This document shows, piece after piece, positions 49,884 through 62,335 of a DNA stretch of 64,000 nucleotides. The position numbers and the translations under genes are program-made. Source of the DNA: Camelus dromedarius (taxonomy: Eukaryota); NCBI RefSeq assembly GCF_036321535.1, contig NC_087436.1, positions 79,920,001-79,984,000 of the forward strand. The letters run 5' to 3'. How positions within the stretch are numbered: the first letter of the stretch is position 1; the number at the start of each line of letters is the position of its first letter. Below the pieces are notes generated by a model, which did not search any database, had not been told where the DNA came from, and saw only the letters and a list, made by a program, of their open reading frames with translations.

Positions 49884-52726
49884 CCCCGTCCTCCTGAAGT
49901 TGCACCATAATGACAACCGTTTGACATCCACCACTGCTGATCTCCAGGCAGGATGATTCACCAGCCAAAATGACAGCTTTGAATCAAGCTGCCCTTGGTC
50001 TCTTGCAGTACTTACAGGCTGTCTCCTAAACTGACCTTTCTCCGCACCCCTGCCTGGTCCACCCCCTGGTGAACGGCCTAGAAACAAGGAGGGTGTGGGC
50101 AGTGGGTGCGTGTATGACCCACCTAGCAAGGGAGGTGATGTCAGGGGCTCGGGGTGGGCATCTCAAGTTTGAACTGTCCATCACTTATATCATACAATCA
50201 GCACTTCAACAAATATCTACTGAGAGCGTGTTATGTGTTAGTCTTTGTGATAGACACAAAAGGGTACAGCTGTGAACAAGACAGACAAAGGAACTACTGC
50301 CACGGAGTTTATGTTCTAACCTGATTTCACTCAACTGCATGCAAATAAATCTTTACTAAATGAGTCAGTCAAGAGAGTTTCATCTTGCTTACACTGAACT
50401 TTGAAAGAGCTGGATTCCACACGTGATTGGGAATGATTCGAACAGCCTTTTAGTTAATATTCATCTTCTGTAGACACTTTAGTCCAAATAAGTTGATTTA
50501 CAGTTTCTCCAAGGCTGACCTGAGAGGATAAGTTACCATACCTCCTCCGATAAGTGTGCTAGTAAGCGTGTGTGTGAGACAGAGTGGGTAGGACCAGGAC
50601 CAGAAACGTAAATTATGCTGCTAAGACTTACATGTGCAGCTGGTATTTCTATTGTCTTGTCTCTTATGACAGTGCCCTCCTCTGGAAGCCGTTAGGATAA
50701 GAGCTAATGTCGGCTGTGCCACACAAAGGTGATGGCGAATTGATGAGCCTGTAAAGAGATTCGAAGGCGAATAGGGAAATGCATTGTTAATGCTATTAAA
50801 TATTACTTAGCCTACAGCAAGCTGCATGTTCAACAGTTTAAACTTTAATTGCTAGCTGATGCAGAAACAAGCCTGGGTAGATGTAAATCCTATTGAAAGC
50901 TAATATCATTTTGGCTGCTCAGATGGATTAGCAGCCACTACAATTAGCAGCATGTGCAGCTAATGATATTAGGGGAAAATCCATCATGCAGCAGTCTGGG
51001 CCTTTAAATCTGAAAAGAAGTTAAGGCTCTTCGCCCCAGAAACCCCCTACTGGGAAGTCTTGCCAGTTGATGCAGCAGATTCCAGGGGTGAGCCAAGAGG
51101 CTTAGAGAATGCAGGAGAGTGACTCCACCATCACCTTGAGTCGGTCCTCTTTATGCCCTTGACCAGTTGTCCCCGCTAAGCACACTGTGGCCAGTGCTGC
51201 CACCTCCCTGTTCTCCAGGGAGGGGCACTGGATTGCAGAGTAGAGGCAAAAAGATGAATCCACAGTTACGGAACACATGGTTCACTCTGGCTACTGTGGT
51301 TATGATAGGAGGAGAAAGAGTGGGGGTTCTTCTCCAATGTGGCACCACCCGAAGCAGATGGCTGTACAGGGCACTAACTAAGATGTTTATGACTCTGTAA
51401 GACAGCCCCAGTGAAGAGTTCTCACTTAAAACCTGACTCTTTTAGGGTAATCGTGGAAACTGACTTCTTTTTAGTTCTGTACCAGTTCTATAAAAATAAA
51501 CACTTATGATGCCCTTTGAGGTCACCGACTCTAAGGTGCAATGGAGCGTCTATGGTGAGATGTGATTCCGTCTCCTTGATTAGATGGTAACCCTTCCATT
51601 CCTAAAGATTTACATTCTGACCCTGATAAATATTAAAATCAAAGTACTTGAAGGAAGGACTGGCCTTTCTTAGTGAAATTTCTAAAATATGAAAGGTTGT
51701 GGATTCATTAACCTAATTGTAAAAATCTACTATAGTTATAATAGCACAGCACACATAATTAAGCTAAAAGGCCATTTACAAATAATTTTAAATAATCTAA
51801 TTTTTAAAAGAGAACTGTTTCATAATTGAAATTCTAAATGCTTGTATACAGAACCATTAATATCTGGCTCTTAATACTACTTATTTTAGACAGATTCATC
51901 ACAATTATAAACCTGAATTTTTAACTAACAAAAACCAAGTATACACACAAATTCTGAGTTTTTAGCAGCAATTAGTTATGTCTTTCCTTATTACTATCCC
52001 GGGAGCGGTAATTATTAGTTTGCTTTTTGGAAGTTACAGGAAACTGAGCTGTTTAGGAAGACAGAGGCTTATGAGTTGTGTATCTAATTGGTTTTGTAAA
52101 AGTATTTTTGTGGCTGGCTTTTCTGCCCTTGTTATCAAGACTGTAGGATGGGACCCACCTTAAATATATTTCATACAAGGAACTTATGCTACAAGAAAAT
52201 GATGAATAAAGGTCTAATGAAATAAAGGTTAGGCTCTTCTTTTCTTTCCCATCATTTAAAAGAAACTTTTGCCAATTTTGCTCATCTTGAATTTCTTCTA
52301 TAGGGATCTCATCTCAGCATGGACAGCAGGCCTAAATGAATAACTGTTATTACAGAGTGAAGATGATTGGCTGTCATAAGCAATCCCTTCATGTTACTTT
52401 GAGAAAGCTATACTCAATAGAGGTTCAAACATGTCCACTCTAATGGAAGCTTCGATCCCATTACATGCACTGCTCGATTTTTCATACTGAGATGACTTTA
52501 GAGTTTTGTTGGGCTAAAGAAAATAGATGGCGTTTTCCATTAATACAGTCTTTTTCACAATAAATTAGTTGATATCAAAACTTTCCTCTCACCAGCCCTT
52601 CTCTTTACACTTCCGTTAAAGAGAGTGGGATCTGAGACACATGAGATATCAAGTCAGAGGAATGATCTAGTGACAATCTTTGCATATATCAGGAGCCATA
52701 ACAGCAATTAAAAGGGGCTACATTCA

Positions 52727-52885
52727 AACAACAAGCGCCTACCGTATAGCACAGGGAACTACATTCAATACCTTGTAATAGCCTATAATGAAAACAATAT
52801 GAAAAGGTATATATATGTATAAATAAATCACTATGCTATACACCAGAAATTAACAAAACTACTAAACTGACTATACATTAATAAA
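52727..52885 (+). mobile_element. Short camelid-type L1 3' end with 17-bp TSD
   Basis: TSD aaaagggg(g)ctacattca at 52710-52726 and 52884-52901; gtatagcacagggaactacattcaataccttgtaata. Confidence 0.9.
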
Positions 52886-53789
52886 AAGGGGGCTACATTC
52901 ATTTCTTCTTAAATTCAATGGACATTTATTGAGGATGAACTGAGTGCCAAACACGATGATATAAACATACCTAAGGTACTGCCTTTGCCCTGAAAAAGCT
53001 TATAGCTTAGTGAGGGAGAGACAGAGGATAAGTTTAACCAAGACAGACATATTCACAGGCTTTGTGGGTATGTATAAATTAGACTGGAAACAGTCTAACA
53101 AATAAGGTTAGATTCAAAGATGAACTTCTTTCTGGTGAGGATTATAACAGAGCTGTGCGGATTATCAAGAGGGGTGGCAAATGTGTGGGTTTTTTAAGAA
53201 TAAATCTTTAGGCTGTATATGGCTTGAATTATATATATCAAACTCATCTGAAGCTTCCAAGAGCATCAGGTCTAGGAACACCATGCCAACTAGGTAGCTC
53301 TGACCTTTCACTGTGACCTTTTGCTCTCTGGCACAGAAGACGTGCTCCCTATAGCCCACTGCTCAGCCCATCTAGTTTCTGCAAACACCAACACCCTTCC
53401 TTGTCTTTGCAGAGGTGCCTTAGCATTAGAGACCCACATTTATCTTCACACCTTGTGCTTATCACCGATCAGTTCATTTCTCATGACTATAAATGATTTG
53501 GCTCAGGAATGTGGTAAAATAACCAGAGAATGGATTCACTCCTTTTCATCTCCCTCCTCTGTCAAAAACTTAAATGCAAAATATCTTGAATCCTGTCACT
53601 GGCCTTGCACTGTAAGCAGAGGCCAAAAAAAAAATGCTTATTTTAACCTACTATGATAACATGCCCATCTATGGGTGGTACACAGGTAGAGGATGTTTAA
53701 AAATGAAGGTAATGAAAGACCATTGCAGAAGGCTCATGCTTGCTGCACACTAGGAGGGATCACTCCAGGCAAAGCCTTGGAAGTGAAAC

Positions 53790-54480
53790 CTCCAAGATGT
53801 CAAACCCACGTGTCCAAGACTCATTATCTTCGTGCAAACTTGTTTCTCGTCCTTGTCTCTCCAGCTTGGCAGCACATCCCACTGGGTCATAGAAGCAAGA
53901 GCACTAGAGTTTTCCTTTGACTCCTTTCTTCATCTTTTGTGTAGAATTGGTCAACAAAACCTATCAATTCTCTCCCTTCAATGTCTCTAAAAGCCTTTCC
54001 CTCCCTTTTTTCCCCGCTGCCACTTCATTAGCTGTACTAGGCATCAGCTCTCTCCTGGGCCACTGGCCACAGTCTTCTAAATGATCCCTCACCTCCAGCT
54101 TTCTCTTATATCACCCTCACCTTCCACACTAGCAGCAGAATTCCCTTCCCAAAATATCCTATTGCTTACAAACCTTATGATCTAAAAGACAGAGTATAAA
54201 ATCCTTTAGGGTGGTATTCAAGACACTTTCTGATTTAGAACCACAAAACATGTAAGGCTTATCCTTCCCCCTGCTCACTGCATATGGGAGTCTAAGCTCT
54301 AGCCGAGCTGGACTGTTCCACTTATGCTGAGAACATTCACACTCCCATGTCTTTGTTGATGCTGGAGAGACGCTGCCTTCCTGTCACCCCACACACCTCA
54401 ACTTGGTGAAATGTGCTCTGTCAGAGCTTGCTCAATGTCGCCTCCTCTCTATTGTCTCTCCTACTTCCTTAGACCCGTTA
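53790..54480 (+). mobile_element. L2 fragment
   Basis: cctttgactcctttctt...aacctatcaattctctcccttc...gtataaaatcctttagggtggtattcaagac. Confidence 0.7.
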
Positions 54481-54549
54481 CTCACTGAACAGCCCTTAGG
54501 AGAAAGTTAGACCCCAAGATGTCTAACAGGCAAGCTGCAAATACTTTGT

Positions 54550-54840
54550 AACTTTTCTCCTTCACAATCATTTTGTGAGGGCTAACTATGTACCAGGCAC
54601 TGTAATAAATGCCAGGAATACAGAGGTAAGAAGGACAGGTTAGATTAGTTTCATGGAACTTCAATTTTAGTGGAAAAAGTAAACAAGTAGGTAAAATATA
54701 TATATCCCTTCAGACACATGAACAGAGTACCGGGCTAGAGAAGCAAGGGGGACAAGGGGCAATTGTACATTAGTCGTCAAGAGAAGGCTTCTCTCCAGAG
54801 GTAATATTTGAGTTGAGACCCAAATAACAAGACAACGTCT
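54550..54840 (-). mobile_element. L2 3' end, antisense
   Basis: gagggctaactatgtaccaggcactgt...gaaggcttctctccagaggtaatatttgagttgagacc. Confidence 0.75.
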
Positions 54841-54929
54841 CTCAAGGTGAGTTTTGGTTTTTCACTTTAGCTGAGTGTTAGTGTAGAACCTTTTAGAGAA
54901 AAAAAATATGAGTCCCCATCATCTAAAGC

Positions 54930-55150
54930 TCTCACCCTCTGCTTTCCATGGAAATGGCAGAGGTACAAGAGCAAGCAAGCACCATGCCACAAAGGCTTTT
55001 CACAGCTCTGCTTACCACACACTTGCTAATATCTCATTAGCCAAAGTCAGTCACACGGCCGAGCCCAGGGACGGGTGGAAGGGTAAAGTTGCATGCCCTA
55101 ACGCACGGACACAGGGGTGGGAGGAGCATTTTGCTAGAGTAGTAAATAAC
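54930..55150 (-). mobile_element. MLT1-family LTR fragment
   Basis: cttgctaatatctcattagccaaagtcagtcacacggccgagccca. Confidence 0.7.
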
Positions 55151-55599
55151 ATACCTGGATTCCAGCACTGTATTTGCCACCAAATGTGTCATATAACGCA
55201 TGTCACTTTCTCTCTCTGGATCTTAATATTCTGGTGGGTAAGATGAGGTCACTAGATTAAATAATTCCTAGATTCTTTCCAAGTTCTGAATTTCCCAAGA
55301 TCCTTTCATTTCATTTCATTTCATTTTTGATTGAAGATCCTTTAATTTTGGAAGGCCAGAGGGCAAAGCAACTGGGTGAATAAACACTCAAATCTGTTAT
55401 GAAAAGAACAAAAATCTACAACCAGCTCTTATAAATGCTTCAAAACCCTGTGTCTTCCTTAGCAATGCTGCTGAGCAGTTAAGGTAACCATGAAAAAAAA
55501 AATCACACCGGGAAGGAGCGGCAAGAGGATCACGGTTCATTTATGGACTCCTGTGTGGGCAATTTTTCAACCCATAAAAGAGGATAGTTGAACACTCAG

Positions 55600-55850
55600 A
55601 AAAGTGTTATGATTAAGAACTTGGGCCCCTGGTGTGAGCTCTCAGATGCCTGGGTGGGATTCCTGCCTGTCCCATTCACCAGCTGAGTGACTTATCTTTC
55701 TTTCCATGGCTCAGTTTTCTCATTTTTAAAAAGAGAGTAATGAGAGCATATACTTAATATCACTGATGTGGGTATTAAATGAGATACTACACATAAAGTT
55801 TAGGAAGAGTGGGTGGAACAATGTGACCAATAATATCTGCTATACATACT
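55600..55850 (+). mobile_element. MIR SINE
   Basis: gattaagaacttgggc...tgcctgggt...ggctcagttttctcatttttaaaa...gtattaaatgagata. Confidence 0.75.
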
Positions 55851-57019
55851 ACTTGTTTAAGTTACCTGAAAGCCAGGTGTACGAATGTTCATATAAATAT
55901 GCATGTATATATGTGTGTACAATACGTGTATGTAGATATAGCATGTGTGTATGTATATATATAGCACATGCATATATATTTAAATACAACATTCTACATG
56001 AGTCCCTGTTGTCTTATCTCCTGCCCACTTCACTCTTCCTGGCTTCTGTAGACAGCCACATTTTCAGCCTCCACTTCAGAAAATTCTAAGGGCTCCTCCA
56101 GTTTCTCCAAATGAGCACTGGGCTCTGGATGGATGTGAAATCACTATGGATTGTCTGGTCATCGTCTGATGGTTCTTCAAGCAAGTGAAGGAAAACTCAG
56201 AAGAAATATATTCCAAAAAATTTTTAATGCCTAGAAAAAGAAGCAGCAGCTCTTTTTTCCCCTTACTGGAGGCTTTTAGGCATCATGGTCATGAAATACG
56301 GCTGCAACATTCTTTTAAATCCTTTTAAGTAGCAGCCACCCTCGTCTTCTCCTCCTTAACACCCCCCCCCCCCATACTATTAAGCCCTTCACAGGTATCA
56401 ATCGTCGGGAAGTAGGAAGAACTGCACTTTAAAAGGATTTTAAATAATGTCTCCAAGAAATATAGCAGCAGATTGTTCAATGGGGATTATCAGCCAAGAG
56501 TGTGCTGGGGGGGAGGGTTCTCTTTTAAAAGGTCTTTAAATAATGTGAGTGTATTCCTTGGCAGCGTTACTCAGAGCCATTTAAAGACCGACCCACCAGG
56601 AAAGTGCACCCACAAAAGAGAGGTGAGGGAGACACACCGCAATAATGTTCCCGTAGCTTGACACTGTCATCACACAAAGACTGAAAGTTTTTTCCAAAAT
56701 GTGAGGGTACCAAAGCCTACTTTGGTAAAGGGATCCTTGCGCCTTCCAGGAGTCAAGGGCAAATAACCCCAGAGAACATCTGAATGTTTGCTCAGGGACC
56801 TTTGAGGGGAAAAATACATCTTCCATGCTTCCAAAAGGGTCTTGAGAAAGGGGTTTCATTTTCTCTTCTCCTTCATTTCTTCATAAAACCAAATTTGAGG
56901 TTGAAAATCATCAAAATCTATTCAGCCTACTCTGTCTTCTTTCAACCACTCCAGCACCAACTCCCTCGCTGGCCCAGCCTTGCTGGTATCTGCAGGACAA
57001 GGAGGAGACGAGGTCTCTG

Positions 57020-57260
57020 CAGCATGGGATAGAAGTTAAGGGATTTGGCTTTGCAGCTAGAAAATCTGAGTTAAAAATCTGGTTGTGACACTACTGATGA
57101 CCTTAGGTAAGCATCACTGAGTCTCAGTCTTCTCAGCTGTAAAATGGGGTTAAACCACTCCTGCTCCTAGAGTTGTTCCTAGGGTTCAACAGACTTAAAG
57201 TGTGTAGAGCAATCAGCTCCAGGCCTAGTACAACCTAAATGCACAATACATGGTACTCAG
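57020..57260 (+). mobile_element. MIR SINE
   Basis: tgaccttaggtaagcatcactgagtctcagtcttctcagctgtaaaatgggg. Confidence 0.85.
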
Positions 57261-59899
57261 GGTGCTGTGATTTGGGGGCCATGATTTTGTGAGTGTAATT
57301 TTAGTTGTTGAGGGTACAGGAGGTGACTGTCTTGATGTACCTGATTAGGTGAGCCCAAGAGTTGAGCCTGATACACCACTTGCACCAAGGACATCGTAAG
57401 GATGGTGTTAAGGATGGTTGTGCGCTGCCTGAGAACTGGGTCAGTGGAGCTTTCCTCTTGAGATGGAAAAATGAACAACTAACTCAAATATCAATGTGGG
57501 CATGGGGTCCCTTCAGCCATTTTACAGATAGACCTTGCACACATTGCACTGGAAGGAAATTGTAGGAGAATGATGTTTCTTCCTTGTCTCAGTGATTAAA
57601 CATAAAGCAGAAAAGACAGCTCAAAGATTCCCTGTTCTCCTTTACAGCCTAGAAGAGTTGCAGAAATGAAAAGTACCTTTATCCAATGGCCCCCATGTAC
57701 ATTACATTCTTGGGAAACTGTGACATGTTAGGGCCAAGATTAAAGAACACCCCCCCCCCAAAAAAAGGACATTGAGCTGACAGGTGAGTGAAAATAATGC
57801 AGCTCAAATGATGTGAGGGAAAATGATGTTCCTTTAGCATTCAGACAGTGGAGCAGGTCCTGTGTCATTGACCACAATGACAGAAAATCAAACTGAACCC
57901 CATTAAAGGAAAAAAAGCCATCTATTTTAGTTAGCCCAGCAGGCACCTGAAAGCCCCTCTCAGTATGAAAAAATGGAAGGGCACTTGAGAAGATGGAGGT
58001 CTCGGTTCTAATGACTATGTTTGCACCTCCTGGAGAGGATGGAGCTCTCTTTTAAATATGAAGGATTGATTTTGAAAATAGTCTTCTCTGCGGGGCTAGT
58101 TCCTTTCCTGCCTTTCAATGACAAGAGGACATGATCAGGTGAGGACCTTTTCAGTTAACGGAGATGAACCAAAACAAGGAAACCATTTTTTAACAGCAAA
58201 AAGCTGGCAGGACCTTATTTGTTCTAATACTTTAATTCCAGTGAGTTAAACAACAGTGCCACTGGAGGAGAAATGTAAGACAAAAGCATCAGAGAAACAG
58301 GAAGGAAAATCTTTGGAGATTGTATTAAAGCACTTCAAAGAACTTTTTACAAAATTCCTGCTACCTGGGAGGGAAAAGTAGAAATGATCTCTTAACTTTT
58401 TTTTCTTGGTATCTTGGTCTTCATGCCCATTGCCTGTTGTAGAAACACAAATTGACTCTTTGACCTTTTATCAAATAAAGCTAAAATCTGAAGCAACTAC
58501 CCAGATAATTGAAGCTCCCAAAACACTTTGGCTTCAACTATGCGATGTGAGATTTATAGAGAACTTTCAAAATTTTGGTATCAATTTCCATGAATATTGC
58601 CCATGGCTTCACCATGATAGATGGAAGTTGTTTCCAGCCGTAGGTTCCAGTCATCATCATCATCACTTTACAAATGAAAAAGGAAAGGTTGTACTTATAT
58701 ATGCCTTCAATGTAACATACAAAAGTATTTTTTCCTAGACATCTCTTGATTTCAGCTTAATTCGTAACTTCTTAAGGAGTGTTGATAGCTCACAAGCCAA
58801 CTTTGGACCTTTAGCATCCTAATAGATCTTTCTAAACTTTGGGAAAAAACCGCGTTCCATGCAACATTTACCTGCCTATTCATGCCTTATATTTGCCTTT
58901 ACAGCTCAACGTAAACATGTAATAAGTCTATAATAACTACTGCTATCTGGTGACAAAGATATACATTTGTCTGCTAGAAACAAGGTAAGGAATTATTCTT
59001 TTAAGCATCAGACTCAAAGCCTAGCTTCATCTGGAATCACAAGGAGCAGATGGGAGGTAACTTTTTTTGGTCATGCAGTGTTATTGGCTTTAGAGCACTT
59101 GGGTAGGTGTTACAAAGGAGGGAGGGAGTTGTGGGCACAGAGAATGTCTTCAGAAGGTTCTAACACAACTCAGGAATGGCAAGGTGAAATCCAGATTCTG
59201 AACCCCAGTACTTGGAAAAAGAGTGAAATTACACAACAAGATAAAAGGGAAGAGGCATGTACCCATGTTAGGTAAGAGTCTTTTGGGGCCAGTGCTGAGT
59301 TGAAGCCAATGACTCACTGAAACACTGGCAAGTTCCTGTCCTTGGCATTGATGTTTTAAACAAAGAGAGGAAATTTGAAAGGCAGCAAATCTGATTGCCC
59401 CGCATCAGACAAGCTAGAGTGCTTGCCTTACTCTGCCCAGTGGTGGTGTTGATTCCAAGTCAGACGAGGTGGGTAGGCCCACAGCTTAACACATCCCCAT
59501 GGCGTCTTGATGATTAACTCCACAGCTTGAGCTATTCCAAATGTTGCTCTCTTGTCGGAGAAAAAGAATAAATACATTGGGTGTGAGTGATGGCCAGCGA
59601 GGGAAAGCTGGAATGTTTGCTCAGCCTCGGTGTTCTGGGAGCTGAACAGCTTTCCAAAGCCACTTTTTTCCCCCTCTCCAGATGTTCCTGAGGAAGATGC
59701 AAATAAGCATATTTTAATATTGCAAAACCATCAAAGCCTGTCCAAGGAACCTGACAGAATGTCATCAAGTCCAGCAAGTCTCCTCTCTGATGGGGAATGT
59801 CCATATTGTGATCAATCATATAATCAGAGGGTTCATGACAAAATAGATGCTGTTTCCTTACTTCAGAAAAACAGATCTTTCTCAAATATTCTCGTGCGT

Positions 59900-60285
59900 A
59901 TCATTATTTCCTCACAGTTCTGGAAGCTGGAGAGTCCAAGATCAAAGCTCCTGCAGGGTTCAGATTCTGGTGAAGCTCTCTTCTGTCTTGCAAATGGACA
60001 TCGTCTCAGTGTGTCCTCACATGGCCTCTCCTCAATGTGTGCACACAGGGAGAGAGGCAGACAGAGACAGAGACTGAGAGGGAGGAAGGAGGGAGGAAGA
60101 AGGGAAGAGGGAGGAGAAAGAGAGAGAGCACTTCCTCTTCTTATAAGGCCACCAATCCTATTAGATTATGGCCACGCCCTTCTGATCTCATTTTACTTTA
60201 ATTATCTCCTGGAGGCTCCTATCTCTATATAGTTACGCTGGTGGCTTGGGTCTCAGCATATGAACACAGTTCAGTCCATAGCAGC
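59900..60285 (-). mobile_element. MLT1A/MST-type MaLR LTR with internal GA-rich expansion
   Basis: ctcacagttctggaagctggagagtccaagatcaa...tcttataaggccaccaatcctatt...cacagttcagtccatagca. Confidence 0.85.
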
Positions 60286-60289
60286 ATAC

Positions 60290-60492
60290 ATTAAGGTTCA
60301 GTCTTTGTGTTGCACACGTCTACAGATTTTGACAAATGCATTATGTTTTGTATCCACCATTACAGTGTCATACAGAGTAATTTCACTGACTGTACTTCAA
60401 TAAAAAAATCCTATGTGCTTCACCTATTTATCCTTCATTCCTCCCCCTGAACCCCTGACAATTACCAATCATTTTACTTTTTCTATAGTTTT
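60290..60492 (-). mobile_element. L1MC 3' fragment, antisense
   Basis: ttttgacaaatgcattatg...tatccaccattacagtgtcatacaga...aacccctgacaattacca. Confidence 0.8.
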
Positions 60493-61203
60493 ATTTTATT
60501 TGGCTATTTTAATTATTGTAGACAGCAAACTAAGCAAAATTTCTGAACCTAAATTATGTATTTAAAAATCTACATACATAATCTCTCAAGACTTCCTCTG
60601 AAAAAGAGTGGAGAGTTGGAACTAAAAGAACTTTTAGGTCTCATTTCAGATCAGATACTATATGATATTATGATTTATCCTTTTATTTTCCTATCAAGAG
60701 AGGAAGCAATTTTCTAAGCTCCTGTTAACATGAACTTAGTACTGTTAAATACACATAGACCTCTTCATGTTATCTTTTATCCTTCACAAAATAATGCCCG
60801 GTATTTCCTTCTTTTGCTTTCTCTGCCTAATTTAAACTTAGAATTCAAGATCAGATGCGTATTTATTAAAGTACCAAATTACAACTGATGTTCAAAAACG
60901 CAATTACATGTATGATCAGCTTCATGAAAATCCTATATAAGTAAATTCACTCTATTATTCTCATCAAAAAATAATTTCCAGTGCATTTTAAATTAGATTA
61001 AATTAAAAAGGAATCTGACGTATCAGTTCTTGGCTGACTTACAGCTGCACCTGTGCTAATGGAAATGATCAACCTGGTAGAATAATAGAATAACAAAGGT
61101 TGCTAACATAGTTTTCCGTATTTACTTACTAAAGCTTTTTCAGGGAGACTGCTTTCATTAGGAACCAAATCCTCCTCCTTGTGCAATAACTCTGTCTTAA
61201 TTT

Positions 61204-61734
61204 GTGTGGAAGTTTTTAAGTATATATGAAAATTCTCTGATACACTTTCCATCAACCTGGGCCAACTTAGTGATGAGTTTGTAATCAAAAGAATGTAGCA
61301 AAGGTGATGCTGTACAAGTTCAAAGGCTAGATCCAAAAGGGCCACAGAGCTTCTACCTGGTTCTCTTGGGAAACTCACCTGGGGGAAAGCTAGCCACCAT
61401 GTAAGAAGAGTGACCACCTTGATACTTCCATGCTGGAGAAGCTGCCTGTAAGTTCTCAGGTTTTTGCCTCTCTGAGCTGAGCTCAGGCATTGAGTCACCC
61501 CAGCTCAGCCCTCAGATATGTGCGGGAGGAGCCTTCAGGTGATTCCAGACCTCACCTGTTGTCCCCAGCCTTTGCGTATTCCCACCTGAGGACATCATCA
61601 AGTGGAGACAAACCATCCCTGCTGTGCCCTACTTGAATTCCTAACCCAGAGAATAAAGGGGCATAATAAAATAATAAGTTCTTGTTTTATGCTGCTAAGG
61701 GTGATTTATTATAATGGCACTGACAACTGGAAGA
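61204..61734 (+). mobile_element. MLT1G/H-like MaLR LTR
   Basis: aagaatgtagcaaaggtgatgctg...gccaccatgtaagaag...gagacaaaccatccctgctgtgccctacttgaattcctaacccagaga. Confidence 0.85.
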
Positions 61735-61739
61735 GTTTA

Positions 61740-62152
61740 GTTTCCACAAGAGAAGACTGTGATTAAGATTCATTACAAGTAGGTTATTTAAAAGCTGATA
61801 TAGGAAAGCATCCATCGGAGAGGAGGCGAGTGGGACACGGAAGGGAAGAAAGCCAGTATCAGCATGTTAGTGAGCAGGTTACCACAGTGGTCAAAAGGGG
61901 TCCCTTGCTGCTGAGGACCCTTGGAAGATGGTGTAGAAAATGCCTCCAAGCTGTCCTGCCTGATGGGTGATGAAACTGCGGTATTTATCCATCACTGGTT
62001 GAGAGGTGTTCTAGGGTGTTAACATCCAGGCACCTGACCTGTCCTCCACATGGGCGAGCACTCCCCTGTAGAGTCACGGGAACGTGTAGTAAGAAGCTGT
62101 GGGTTGGGAATTTTGAGTGTGGCCGGGATACAGGTGGAACCTCAAGCACACC
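61740..62152 (-). mobile_element. LTR33-like ERVL LTR
   Basis: ggaagggaagaaagccagt...gagcaggttaccacagtgg...ggtatttatcca...ggttgagagg. Confidence 0.7.
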
Positions 62153-62155
62153 AAG

Positions 62156-62335
62156 CAGGGGTTCTTAAACTGGAGTCCATTGAGCCATGGTTGGGTTTCA
62201 ATGAACCACAAACCCCTGGAAACTATATTTGAAGTTCTGCATACATGAGCACACATGTACTTTTCTGGAGAGGTAATTCAGGATTTCATCAGCTTCTCCA
62301 AGTGGTTTGTGAGACAAAAATGGTTAAGAATAAGG
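62156..62335. mobile_element. MER103-like hAT-Charlie MITE
   Basis: caggggttcttaaactggagtccat...ttttctggaga...tttcatcagcttctc...aaaaatggttaagaa. Confidence 0.75.

Noticed and set aside
50059..50072. CTCF-like motif (tcaccagggggtgg on the minus strand)
   Set aside because: Partial match only, expected by chance in 64 kb
59630..60232. Longest ORF in the window (200 aa)
   Set aside because: Non-ATG start; the 3' half is antisense MaLR LTR plus a GA-rich repeat; no recognisable domain
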